From: Polaromonas sp.
GTDB taxonomy: Bacteria; Pseudomonadota; Gammaproteobacteria; Burkholderiales; Burkholderiaceae_C
Reading direction: 5' to 3'
DNA length: 32,443 nucleotides
NCBI GenBank assembly: GCA_043780435.1
Contig: JAYWCQ010000061.1
Coordinates: forward strand, 1 to 32,443
Position numbers and translations under genes: made by a program
In this document: in pieces, positions 10,106-18,684 of the stretch
How positions within the stretch are numbered: position 1 is the stretch's first letter
How the letters are laid out: each line of letters opens with the position of its first letter
Notes under the pieces: model-generated
What the model saw: only the letters and a program-made list of their open reading frames with translations
Told to the model about the DNA's origin: nothing
The model's database searches: none

Positions 10106-11062
10106 TTACAACTTCAAATCGCGCAAAAATTGGCGAAATTCGACGCCAACCTCTGGGTGTTGCAGTGCTAATTCAACCGTTGCTTCTAAAAAACCTACTT
10201 TGCTGCCACAGTCATAGCGTTTGCCAATGTATTGGTAAGCATAGACATGCTGGATTTTCAACAAATTTGAAATCCCATCCGTCAATTGAATTTCCCCCAA
10301 TGCGCCCGCTTTTTGCTGTCTGATTTGATGAAATATTTCTGGTGTGAGAATGTACCGGCCAGCCACAGCCAGCGTTGACGGGGCTTCTTCGGGTGTGGGC
10401 TTTTCTACAATCTGCGTCACCCTGCTCAGGCGCTGTTCCAGCATCTCACTCGCCACAATGCCATAGCGACCCACCATCTCCAAAGGAACTTCTTGAACCG
10501 CCAAAATTGACGCTCCAAATTGGGCATGCAGTTTGACCATTTGCGCCAAAACAGACAAACCACTGGTATTGGTATTTGTACTGGGCTGATCACTAGGTGC
10601 TTCGTTGATCATCAAATCATCCGCCAGCAGCACGGCAAAAGGCTCGTTCCCAACAATATGTTCTGCGCATAAAACGGCGTGCCCCAAGCCCAATGGTTTT
10701 GACTGGCGCACAAACGAACAATCCATGTCTTCAGGTTTGATGGCTCTAATCAACGTTAAAAGTTCATATTTTTCACCGGCTTCTAACTCTTTTTCGAGCT
10801 CGAAAGCTGTATCAAAGTGATCTTCAATCGAACGCTTGTTGCGCCCTGTCACAAAAATCATGTGCCGGATACCCGCCGAATAAGCCTCTTCAATGGCATA
10901 TTGAATCAGCGGCTTGTCAACCACGGGCAGCATCTCTTTAGGCTGCGCTTTGGTAGCGGGTAAAAACCGCGTCCCCAAGCCCGCCACAGGAAAAACAGCC
11001 TTCCTAACAGGCGATCTAGCTATATTTGGTTTGTTGCTAGTTGCAATATCTGACGTAACCAT
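10106..11062 (-). CDS. galU: UTP--glucose-1-phosphate uridylyltransferase
   Basis: Contains the N-terminal nucleotide-binding signature [38 protein letters not shown] at 11062 is preceded by GGGGGA. The ORF-track start at 11077 is a TTG five codons upstream. Confidence 0.92.
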   Translation of the reverse strand: MVTSDIATSNKPNIARSPVRKAVFPVAGLGTRFLPATKAQPKEMLPVVDKPLIQYAIEEAYSAGIRHMIFVTGRNKRSIEDHFDTAFELEKELEAGEKYELLTLIRAIKPEDMDCSFVRQSKPLGLGHAVLCAEHIVGNEPFAVLLADDLMINEAPSDQPSTNTNTSGLSVLAQMVKLHAQFGASILAVQEVPLEMVGRYGIVASEMLEQRLSRVTQIVEKPTPEEAPSTLAVAGRYILTPEIFHQIRQQKAGALGEIQLTDGISNLLKIQHVYAYQYIGKRYDCGSKVGFLEATVELALQHPEVGVEFRQFLRDLKL

Positions 11063-11232
11063 AAATTCCCCCGGCAAAGTGCCTCAACTATTTTAGGACG
11101 ATTTTGAATAGCGCAGATAGCTAAAAAGCCTGAAGCGCCATCCGCCTACAGTCGCCTGGGGCAAGTACTTACATGATGATACGCGACTTCAGACAGTGCG
11201 ACTTGATCGGAGTTGAGTTTTAAGCTGTGCCC

Positions 11233-11358
11233 CTACCCCATACTGTAAAAAAACTCCTCTTTCACCACTTTCCCATTCGCCACGGTGTACAGCGCTTCTT
11301 CGTTTTTACCTTCACGGCACAATTCAACCAATTTTTTACCAATTTCAAGAGCATTCAT
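11233..11358 (-). pseudogene. 41-codon remnant of a SnoaL/NTF2-like gene (N-terminal and C-terminal ends fused in frame)
   Basis: Hand translation gives MNALEIGKKLVELCREGKNEEALYTVANGKVVKEEFFYSMG*. ATG at 11358 is preceded by AGGAG with a 5 nt spacer. As I recall this roughly 115-120 aa family, the first 24 aa match its N-terminus and the last 17 aa match its C-terminal motif (YTV.DGKIV.E.F.Y). Confidence 0.45.
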
Positions 11359-11411
11359 TGTCGCTCCTAGAAGGTTGTGATAGATTGGACAGCTTAGCAC
11401 TTTTGTGATTT

Positions 11412-12845
11412 ATGGGGATGACAATGCAACACACTGAAACAGATTATTTGATCATCGGCAGTGGCGCTTCGGGTATGGCGTTTGCCGATACGCTGGTGCA
11501 GGAATCTGACGCGCACATCACCATCGTTGACCGCCACGCCAAGCCGGGTGGGCATTGGAACGATGCTTATCCTTTTGTAACATTGCACCAACCCTCCGCT
11601 TTTTACGGCGTGAATTCTATGTCTTTGGGCGCAAACCGCATAGACACGGCAGGTGCGAACCAAGGGATGTATGAACTGGCCTCGGGTCCGGAAGTAAGCG
11701 GCTATTACGACAAGGTGATGAACCAAAAGCTGCTGCCCAGCGGTCGGGTTAATTACTTCCCTATGAACAACTATTTGGGTGCTGGTGATTCAGGCGTGCA
11801 CACATTTGAATCCATCTTGTCAGGCGAAAAAACGCAAGTCACCTTCCGCAAAAAGCTGGTGGATGCCAATTATTTCAGCCCCACTGTGCCATCAACACAC
11901 ACACCCAAGTTCAAAGTCGCAGATGGTGTAAAACTGGTCGCTCCGAATGCATTAACTCAGCTTTGGCAGACTAAAAATCCCGCAGATAGACCGACCAAGT
12001 TCTGCATCATAGGCGCAGGAAAAACCGCTATGGATGTGGGTATTTGGCTTCTCAACCACGGCGCAGCGCCCGACAGCATCAGCTGGGTGATGCCACGCGA
12101 CTCTTGGCTGGTCAACCGACTGACCACCCAGCCGGGCGAGGATTTTTTTAAAGATTCGATTGGCGGCCAAGTCACGCAAATGGCTTGTTTTGCCAACGCC
12201 ACGAGTGTGGACGACTTGTTTTTACGCATGGAGGCCAGCGACCAAATGCTGCGCATTTACCCCGACCACACGCCCACCATGTTCCACTTTGCGACCGTGT
12301 CCAAGGGTGAAATAGCGATTTTGCAACGCATCAAAAACGTCATCCGCATGGGGCGCGTGCAAGCGCTAGAGCCTGCCAACATGGTGCTGGACAAAGGAAA
12401 CATGGCGATGGAAGCGGGCACGCTGTACATAGACTGCACCGCCTCTGCCGTGGAGCCTAGAGCGCGGCAAGCCATTTTTCAGCCCAACAAAATCGTGCTG
12501 CAAATGGTGCGCGCACCGCTGCCCACCTTCAGCGCCGCCACGATTGCGTATGTCGAAGCGCACTATCCTGACGACGATGTGCGCAACAAACTCTGCGCCG
12601 ATGTACCCTTCCCCCAAACACTGGCTGAGTACCCACGCACCATGATGGTGACCATGATGAACCAAATGCAGTGGTCGCACGACAAACCCCTGCGCAACTG
12701 GATGCGTGATACAAGGCTAGATGGTTTTGGCAAACTGATGTCCAATATTGACCCCAGCGATGCCGAGAAGATGGCGATCATGGGCAACTTTCGCACCCAG
12801 GCCATGGCGGCGATGGCGAATATGCCTAAGTTATTGGCACGCTGA
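11412..12845 (+). CDS. FAD/NAD(P)-binding oxidoreductase (two-dinucleotide-binding-domain flavoprotein, monooxygenase-like), function unknown
   Basis: Two Rossmann signatures are present: DYLIIGSGASGMAFADTL followed by VDRHAKPGGHW, and FCIIGAGKTAMDVGIWL. Three closely spaced in-frame ATGs (11412, 11418, 11424) leave the exact start ambiguous. GGGGA sits before 11424. Confidence 0.8.
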   Translation: MGMTMQHTETDYLIIGSGASGMAFADTLVQESDAHITIVDRHAKPGGHWNDAYPFVTLHQPSAFYGVNSMSLGANRIDTAGANQGMYELASGPEVSGYYDKVMNQKLLPSGRVNYFPMNNYLGAGDSGVHTFESILSGEKTQVTFRKKLVDANYFSPTVPSTHTPKFKVADGVKLVAPNALTQLWQTKNPADRPTKFCIIGAGKTAMDVGIWLLNHGAAPDSISWVMPRDSWLVNRLTTQPGEDFFKDSIGGQVTQMACFANATSVDDLFLRMEASDQMLRIYPDHTPTMFHFATVSKGEIAILQRIKNVIRMGRVQALEPANMVLDKGNMAMEAGTLYIDCTASAVEPRARQAIFQPNKIVLQMVRAPLPTFSAATIAYVEAHYPDDDVRNKLCADVPFPQTLAEYPRTMMVTMMNQMQWSHDKPLRNWMRDTRLDGFGKLMSNIDPSDAEKMAIMGNFRTQAMAAMANMPKLLAR

Positions 12846-12891
12846 GTTACTGATTCAGCTTCAGCTTATCGAAGCTCTTAACCGATGGTGC

Positions 12892-13758
12892 TTATCGCGG
12901 ATCGTAAGCCAAAAGCTGCTGAACAAGGCTTCGCAAGTGCGCTTGCAAAGCATCAAACCCCGCGTGCATGGCCAAAGTTTTTTCGTCCATATACAGCTTG
13001 CGGTTGATCTCCAACTGCACGCTGTGGCGGTGCTGCTCTGGTTTGCCATAACGACGCACAAGTTCTACGCCTTTGTACGGGTGGTTGATGGCGACGTTAT
13101 AGCCATGCAGCGCTAATTGCTCCTGAATAAAGAGCAACAAGCTTGCGCTGGATGTGGTGTTGTCACGATTCCCGATGACAAAATCCGCATGTACCAAACC
13201 CGGAAAATCCGTCGCATGGCTGCTGCTAACTGCAGGCATGCTGTGGCAATTGATGTGGATACTGTAGCCGTGGCGGGCATGGGCTGCGTGTATCGCGCTG
13301 CCCACCGCTGCATGGTAGGGCTGCCAGCAGTTGGCAATGCGCGCCTGCACCTCTGCCACGCTGAGTGGGCGGTTGTACAGCGGCAAGCCATCGTCTGTCA
13401 TCCGCCAAATCAGTCCCTTGCCCAGTCGTAGTTTTGACTGCACGGCTACGTCCTGCTCGCCTAATTCATCTGGCCAAGCACCAGACAGCATGGTGGGGTC
13501 AACCTCGGTCACGTTGCGGTTAGCGTCTAAATAGCTGCGCGGAAAATGTGCCTCCACCCAAGCCACACCCAATGCAGGTGCGAAGCTGTACAGCTTTTCA
13601 ACATGCGTATCTTCCGCGCGGCGAAGCGTGGCTAAGTCACACACATGGCCAAAATCTTGCGGGTAATCAGTTCCGCTGTGCGGCGAATCAAGCACCAGCG
13701 GCGTGTTGCCAGCGCTGGTTGAAATGAACTTTTTTGGTACAGATTGAGGAGCAGACAT
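12892..13758 (-). CDS. N-formylglutamate amidohydrolase (FGase) family hydrolase
   Basis: Family motifs VLDSPHSGTDYP, SYLDANRN and IHINCHSMP are present. ATG at 13758 was chosen because the ORF-track start at 13764 is a TTG. There is no hut-operon context in the window. Confidence 0.8.
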   Translation of the reverse strand: MSAPQSVPKKFISTSAGNTPLVLDSPHSGTDYPQDFGHVCDLATLRRAEDTHVEKLYSFAPALGVAWVEAHFPRSYLDANRNVTEVDPTMLSGAWPDELGEQDVAVQSKLRLGKGLIWRMTDDGLPLYNRPLSVAEVQARIANCWQPYHAAVGSAIHAAHARHGYSIHINCHSMPAVSSSHATDFPGLVHADFVIGNRDNTTSSASLLLFIQEQLALHGYNVAINHPYKGVELVRRYGKPEQHRHSVQLEINRKLYMDEKTLAMHAGFDALQAHLRSLVQQLLAYDPR

Positions 13759-13799
13759 AGACAAAATCAGAATAATTTTATTGCGATTTTATTACAATT

Positions 13800-13868
13800 T
13801 TGCTATATTTTTAGCAGCATCTTAGGCAATAAATACGCCAGCTAGATGCCAATATGAGCATATTTATT
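13800..13868. repeat. Short dispersed intergenic repeat, copy A
   Basis: TTGCTATA-N13-CTTAGGCAATAAATACGCC-AGCTAGA (13800-13846) aligns without gaps to 26067-26113, about 38/47 identical with a 19/19 core. AATAAATA (13828-13835) can pair with TATTTATT (13861-13868). Confidence 0.7.
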
Positions 13869-13884
13869 ACCTGAAATTAGGCTT

Positions 13885-16545
13885 TTAGCCCAATTTTTCG
13901 CTGACCCAGCCCTGCGCACTCGCCATCGCTTTGTCCAGCCCACTCGCATCCGTGCCGCCCGCCATCGCCATGTCCGGCCGGCCACCGCCTTTGCCGCCGA
14001 CCTGCGCGGCCAGGAAGTTGACCAGTTCGCCCGATTTGACCTTGCCCATCACGTCCGCCGTAGCTCCTACAGCGATTTGGACTTTGCCGCCCTGTCCCTT
14101 TTCAGCGCTGGCCAGCACGACCACGGCAGATTTCAGCTTGTCTTTCAACTTGCCGACTGTGTCACGTAAAGTCTGGGCCGCATCAGCCGCGCTGACGCCT
14201 TCCATTTTGGCGACCAGGAATTTAATGCCTTTCAAATCAACCGCTTGCGACAACAAGGCATCACCTTGGTGGGACGCCAGTTGCCCTTTGAGTGCGGAGA
14301 TTTCTTTTTCCAGTGCTTTGTTTTGATCTAACAAACTTTGCAATCGCTCGCCCAATTCAGGCACGGCGACTTTGAGCGCACCAGCGGCTTTGCTGACCGT
14401 CGCTTCCAAATCCTGCAAATACGCCAGCGCGTTTTGACCGGTCACAGCCTCGATACGGCGCACGCCAGAAGCAATGCCGCCTTCAGAGACGATTTTGAAC
14501 AAGCCAATGTCGCCCGTGCGCTGCACGTGAACGCCGCCACACAGCTCTTTGGATGAGCCGATCTCCAGCACGCGCACGGTTTCGCCATATTTTTCGCCAA
14601 ACAGCATCATCGCGCCGGTGGCTTTGGCGGATTCAATGTCCATCACCTTGGCAGAGGCAGCCTCATTGGCCAGAATTTCAGCATTCACCTGCGCTTCAAT
14701 CGCCACGATCTGCGCGTCTGTCACCGGTGCGTTGTGCGCAAAGTCGAAACGGGTGCGCTCGGCGTTGACCAGCCTGCCCTTTTGCTGCACATGCTCACCC
14801 AGCACTTCACGCAGGGCTTTGTGCATCAAATGGGTGGCGCTGTGGTTGCGGATGGTTTTGGCGCGCAACTCCAAGCTCACCTGCGCTGCCACGGTATCGC
14901 CCACTTTCAGGCTGCCAGACGTCAACACACCATGATGGCCAAAGACGTCAGCTTTGATTTTTTGGGTGTCTTGCACTTCAAACTGTGCCGATGCGGTGCT
15001 GATAGTGCCCTCATCGCCCACCTGCCCGCCGCTTTCGGCGTAGAACGGCGTGGTATCGAGCACGATCACCCCGTTTTGACCTGTATTTAGCACGCTTGCC
15101 GGCGTACCTTCTACATAGAACGCTATTATTTTTGAAGTTGCCTGGAGTTGCTCATAACCGACAAAGTCGTTCAGTTCACCGCTGTACTCCAGCCCCTTGT
15201 CCATTTTGAACTTGCCGGCTGCACGAGCCATCGTTTTTTGGCGCAGCATGGCGGCATCAAAACCGGCTTCATCAACTTCCACACCACGGTCGCGGCACAC
15301 ATCTGCCGTCAAATCCAGCGGGAAGCCGTAGGTGTCGTGCAGTTTGAAAGCGACTTCGCCTTCCAGCACCTTGTCGCCCTCTTTCAAGGCACCGTCCAAC
15401 AGCGTCATGCCCGTCGCCAAGGTCTCAAAGAAACGCTCTTCTTCGGCTTTAAGCACATCGGTGATGCGCTGCTGCTGTTTCGCCATGTTCGGGTAGGCTT
15501 CGCCCATGACGCTGACCAAGTCTGCCACCAGTTTGTGGAAAAACGGGGTCTTTTTGCCCAGCTGGTAGCCGTGACGTATCGCACGCCTTACGATCCTGCG
15601 CTGCACGTAGCCGCGGCCTTCGTTGCTGGGCAACACGCCGTCACTCACCAAAAACGCGGTCGCGCGAATGTGGTCGGCAATCACGCGCAGGCTCTTGTTT
15701 TGCATGTCGGTGCAACCTGTTTCACGGGCGGCGGCTTTGATCAGCGTGTCGAAAATGTCGATTTCATAATTGCTGTGCACGTGTTGCAGGATCGCGGCCA
15801 GGCGCTCCAGCCCCATGCCGGTATCCACGCAAGGTGCCGGTAGCTTGACGAGTGAACCATCGGCCTGCATGTCAAACTGCATGAACACGTGGTTCCAAAT
15901 CTCGATGAAGCGGTCGCCGTCTTCGTCCGGGCTGCCCGGCGGGCCACCGGGGATGTGCGCGCCATGGTCGTAAAAAATCTCTGAGCAGGGGCCGCAGGGG
16001 CCGGTATCGGCCATCATCCAAAAGTTGTCAGACGCGTATTTTTTGCCTTTGTTGTCGCCAATGCGGACGATGCGATCTGCGGGCAGGCCAATCTCGTTAT
16101 GCCAGATGTCGTAGGCTTCCTGGTCGTCAATGTAGACCGTAGCCAGCAACTTTTCGGCAGGCAGGCCGTAGACCTTGGTCAGCAGCTCCCAACCCCATTT
16201 GATGGAATCGCGCTTGAAATAGTCGCCAAAACTCCAGTTGCCCATCATTTCAAAGAAAGTGTGGTGACGCGCGGTGTAGCCCACGTTTTCCAAGTCATTG
16301 TGCTTACCGCCCGCACGCAGGCAAGCTTGTACGCTGGCGGCGCGCACGTAAGGGCGCTTGTCCAACCCCAAAAACACGTCTTTGAACTGCACCATGCCCG
16401 AGTTGGTGAACATCAGCGTCGGGTCGTTACCCGGTACCAAAGAGCTCGACGGCACAACCGTGTGCCCTTTGGCGGCGTAAAAGTCGAGGAAAGTCTTGCG
16501 GATGTCGGCGACGGAAAATTTGGATTGAACGGCTGGTGAAGTCAT
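13885..16545 (-). CDS. alaS: Alanine--tRNA ligase
   Basis: Strong similarity to the E. coli AlaRS N-terminus ([59 protein letters not shown]) over its full length. ATG at 16545 (886 aa) is preferred. The upstream ATG at 16593 is embedded in a perfect TATAAT on the coding strand (plus-strand 16592-16597). Confidence 0.93.
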   Translation of the reverse strand: MTSPAVQSKFSVADIRKTFLDFYAAKGHTVVPSSSLVPGNDPTLMFTNSGMVQFKDVFLGLDKRPYVRAASVQACLRAGGKHNDLENVGYTARHHTFFEMMGNWSFGDYFKRDSIKWGWELLTKVYGLPAEKLLATVYIDDQEAYDIWHNEIGLPADRIVRIGDNKGKKYASDNFWMMADTGPCGPCSEIFYDHGAHIPGGPPGSPDEDGDRFIEIWNHVFMQFDMQADGSLVKLPAPCVDTGMGLERLAAILQHVHSNYEIDIFDTLIKAAARETGCTDMQNKSLRVIADHIRATAFLVSDGVLPSNEGRGYVQRRIVRRAIRHGYQLGKKTPFFHKLVADLVSVMGEAYPNMAKQQQRITDVLKAEEERFFETLATGMTLLDGALKEGDKVLEGEVAFKLHDTYGFPLDLTADVCRDRGVEVDEAGFDAAMLRQKTMARAAGKFKMDKGLEYSGELNDFVGYEQLQATSKIIAFYVEGTPASVLNTGQNGVIVLDTTPFYAESGGQVGDEGTISTASAQFEVQDTQKIKADVFGHHGVLTSGSLKVGDTVAAQVSLELRAKTIRNHSATHLMHKALREVLGEHVQQKGRLVNAERTRFDFAHNAPVTDAQIVAIEAQVNAEILANEAASAKVMDIESAKATGAMMLFGEKYGETVRVLEIGSSKELCGGVHVQRTGDIGLFKIVSEGGIASGVRRIEAVTGQNALAYLQDLEATVSKAAGALKVAVPELGERLQSLLDQNKALEKEISALKGQLASHQGDALLSQAVDLKGIKFLVAKMEGVSAADAAQTLRDTVGKLKDKLKSAVVVLASAEKGQGGKVQIAVGATADVMGKVKSGELVNFLAAQVGGKGGGRPDMAMAGGTDASGLDKAMASAQGWVSEKLG

Positions 16546-16635
16546 GTAGGTGTCTAAATAGGGATTGGAAGGCAATGTTTGCAGCTGTGACATTATAAGT
16601 TTGACACCAGCTAGGATACTTGGCGGACAGTTTTG

Positions 16636-17040
16636 CTATGTAGAGGCCAAAAGCTTTGCACCATCAATTTTTGACGCGGCTCGGTCAAAAGTCCACAAAG
16701 GGCTTTCGCCAACCATGTGAGATAACGCGATATGAACACAATCTGCGAAGTCTGCCGAGTTCTTCTTATAAAGTGCCAAAGCAATCTCTACAGCCAGCTC
16801 AGACTCGATGGAAAGCTCTGCCGCCGCCAATAGGCTGGCTAAAGTCAAGGAAATTTGCTCTTTGTCAAAGCCAAAATTGGAGCGTAAAACCCATTCCAAC
16901 TCCAGCATTACTGTGATTGGGATGTACAACGTCTCACCCGCACGTAAGGCGGCGCGTATCAGCTTTTTTGCCGCAGCGTGCTGCAAATCATCATCTTGGA
17001 CGAGATAACGGACTAAAACATTGGTGTCGAGCGCAGCCAT
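16636..17040 (-). CDS. vapC: PIN-domain ribonuclease toxin VapC
   Basis: 134 aa, starting MAALDTNVLVRYL. The acidic PIN residues sit in LDTN, LELEW and DFADC. It lies directly downstream of a small AbrB-type gene. Confidence 0.85.
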   Translation of the reverse strand: MAALDTNVLVRYLVQDDDLQHAAAKKLIRAALRAGETLYIPITVMLELEWVLRSNFGFDKEQISLTLASLLAAAELSIESELAVEIALALYKKNSADFADCVHIALSHMVGESPLWTFDRAASKIDGAKLLAST

Positions 17041-17052
17041 GAATACTAGCGA

Positions 17053-17274
17053 TCAGCGCCAAGCATTCATGTCTTCAATCTGGACATTTTTGCCTTTAGG
17101 CGCTTTGAGCATGCCTGCAAGATCAAGTATTGATTTGGTTTTAGCCCGAACGGTGATCGTACCGTCAGGCATCAAATTCCATTGCAATTTAGTACCCGCC
17201 TCAGTGTGCAAAGCATCCCTGATGGGCTGGGGCACGGTGGTCTGCCCTTTGATGGTGATGGTAGATTCCGACAT
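17053..17274 (-). CDS. vapB: AbrB/SpoVT-type antitoxin (VapB)
   Basis: 73 aa with the swapped-hairpin signature ITIKGQTTVPQPIRDAL. GAGGAG lies 5 nt before the ATG. There is a 12 nt gap to vapC. Confidence 0.8.
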   Translation of the reverse strand: MSESTITIKGQTTVPQPIRDALHTEAGTKLQWNLMPDGTITVRAKTKSILDLAGMLKAPKGKNVQIEDMNAWR

Positions 17275-17292
17275 ATCAACTCCTCATAAATT

Positions 17293-17338
17293 CATTACAT
17301 TTATACAAATTGTAATGCAAACTGAGTTTCTATGTCAA
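17293..17338 (-). promoter_or_regulatory. Sigma-70 promoter of vapBC with an overlapping palindromic operator
   Basis: On the minus strand: TTGACA (plus 17333-17338), an 18 nt spacer, then TACAAT (plus 17309-17314). The inverted repeat CATTACA-N11-TGTAATG (17293-17317) overlaps the -10 box, as expected for TA autoregulation. Confidence 0.6.
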
Positions 17339-17357
17339 CATCTAGCCAATTCAGCGC

Positions 17358-17603
17358 CTATTTATAAAACGCCTCAACCACGCCCTTCAACTTCACAGTC
17401 AGCGGGTAGCCCTTGCGGTCAACCTTTTTGCCCACAGGCACCTTGATCCACCCCTCGCTGATGCAGTATTCCTCAACATCAAAACGCTCTTTGTCATTGA
17501 ATTTGATACCCACATCGTGCTCAAAAATGGCAGCCACGTGAAATGGGCTGCGAGCGTCGGTGGAGAGGTGGTCTGGGAGAGTGGGTTTTGTGGTTTCGGT
17601 CAT
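17358..17603 (-). CDS. DUF3297-family small protein
   Basis: 81 aa. The pattern SPF....FE..VGI.FN......VEEYC.SEGW..V........DR.G.P...KLKG.VE matches DUF3297 as I recall it. Confidence 0.75.
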   Translation of the reverse strand: MTETTKPTLPDHLSTDARSPFHVAAIFEHDVGIKFNDKERFDVEEYCISEGWIKVPVGKKVDRKGYPLTVKLKGVVEAFYK

Positions 17604-17722
17604 GGGGAGATTTTTGTTGATGAATTGAAAAAATGTCTATTTTCCATGATTTGGCACTTCATCAATCAGGTTCAAGAGATCATTTGAATATATTGTGGTG
17701 GTCTAATAAAAACAGACAGCCC

Positions 17723-17878
17723 GATGCACCATGACATGCATCCTTTGCTGCCATTTTCAAAGGCGAATCCCCTGTTGGGACTGATCGCGCACGACGAGGT
17801 GTATCAACTTTGCGCGATAGCGGGCGTTTTAGGTGCCGTCATATGGTTGGCGATGAAATGGGCTGGTCGCCCCCGGTA
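17723..17878 (+). CDS. Possible 51-aa small membrane protein (hypothetical, weakly supported)
   Basis: Hand translation gives MHHDMHPLLPFSKANPLLGLIAHDEVYQLCAIAGVLGAVIWLAMKWAGRPR*. It has a C-terminal hydrophobic helix and no SD. A weak TTGAAT-17-TAAAAA (17684-17712) would put the transcription start about 3-4 nt before the ATG, giving a leaderless mRNA. Confidence 0.2.
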
Positions 17879-17889
17879 AGTTAACAGTT

Positions 17890-18618
17890 TTACCCAGCCA
17901 ACCCCACATAAACATTCTGCACATCATCATTCCCGTCAATCGCGCTCAAGAAGGCTTCTACTTCTTCTAGCTGCTCAGCGCTCAGGCTAGCTGGGTCTAC
18001 GGGGTTTTTGGCTTTGTAGCCTAGTTTGGCGGACAGGACGGTGAAGCCGTGAGTTGGTAAGGCGCGGCTGACTAGGTCTAGGTCGGTGGCGTCGCTGTAG
18101 AACAGGGTGGTGGTGACTTTGCCGTCTTCGTCTGCATCGCCCGGCTCAAAATCTTGTGCGCCGGCTTCGATGGCGGCGGTTTCGGCGTCGGCTTCTTTGT
18201 TCGCTGGCTCTGCTTCGATGATACCCAAGTGGTCAAAATCCCAAGAAACTGAGCCGGATGTGCCGAGCTGGCCTTTGCGGAACAGGACGCGCATTTCGGG
18301 GGCGGTGCGTTTAACGTTGTCGGTCAGGCATTCGACCATGACGGCGACTTGGTGCGGGGCAAAGCCTTCGTAGATGACGTGTTCAAAATGAACCGCCTCA
18401 CCGGTCAAACCCGCACCTTTTTTGATGGCGCGCTCCAGCGTTTCTTTGGGCATGGAGACTTTGCGGGCCTGCTCGACGACCAAACGCAGCTTGGAGTTGG
18501 ACGCGGGGTCTGCGCCGTTGCGGGCGGCGACCATGATGTCTTTGGCCAAGCGGCCGAATAATTTACCTCTGACACTGGCTGCCAGTTCTTTGCCTTTTGC
18601 TTTCCATTGCGCGCCCAT
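17890..18618 (-). CDS. YebC/PmpR-family transcriptional regulator
   Basis: 242 aa with the family N-terminus KGK......G.LF.RL.K.I..AAR.G.DP..N..LR..V..A.....PK...[14 protein letters not shown] lies upstream of the ATG. Confidence 0.9.
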   Translation of the reverse strand: MGAQWKAKGKELAASVRGKLFGRLAKDIMVAARNGADPASNSKLRLVVEQARKVSMPKETLERAIKKGAGLTGEAVHFEHVIYEGFAPHQVAVMVECLTDNVKRTAPEMRVLFRKGQLGTSGSVSWDFDHLGIIEAEPANKEADAETAAIEAGAQDFEPGDADEDGKVTTTLFYSDATDLDLVSRALPTHGFTVLSAKLGYKAKNPVDPASLSAEQLEEVEAFLSAIDGNDDVQNVYVGLAG

Positions 18619-18684
18619 GACTGTCTTCCTTATGTGTCTAACGATGTGTTTGAATCAATAGGGAGGATTATCCACGGTTAAATC

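Noticed and set aside
12857-12876. The hairpin AGCTTC-N8-GAAGCT between the convergent flavoprotein and FGase-family genes, as a bidirectional terminator.
   Set aside because: The stem is only 6 bp, with no flanking T-run or A-run. This is too weak to call from sequence alone.
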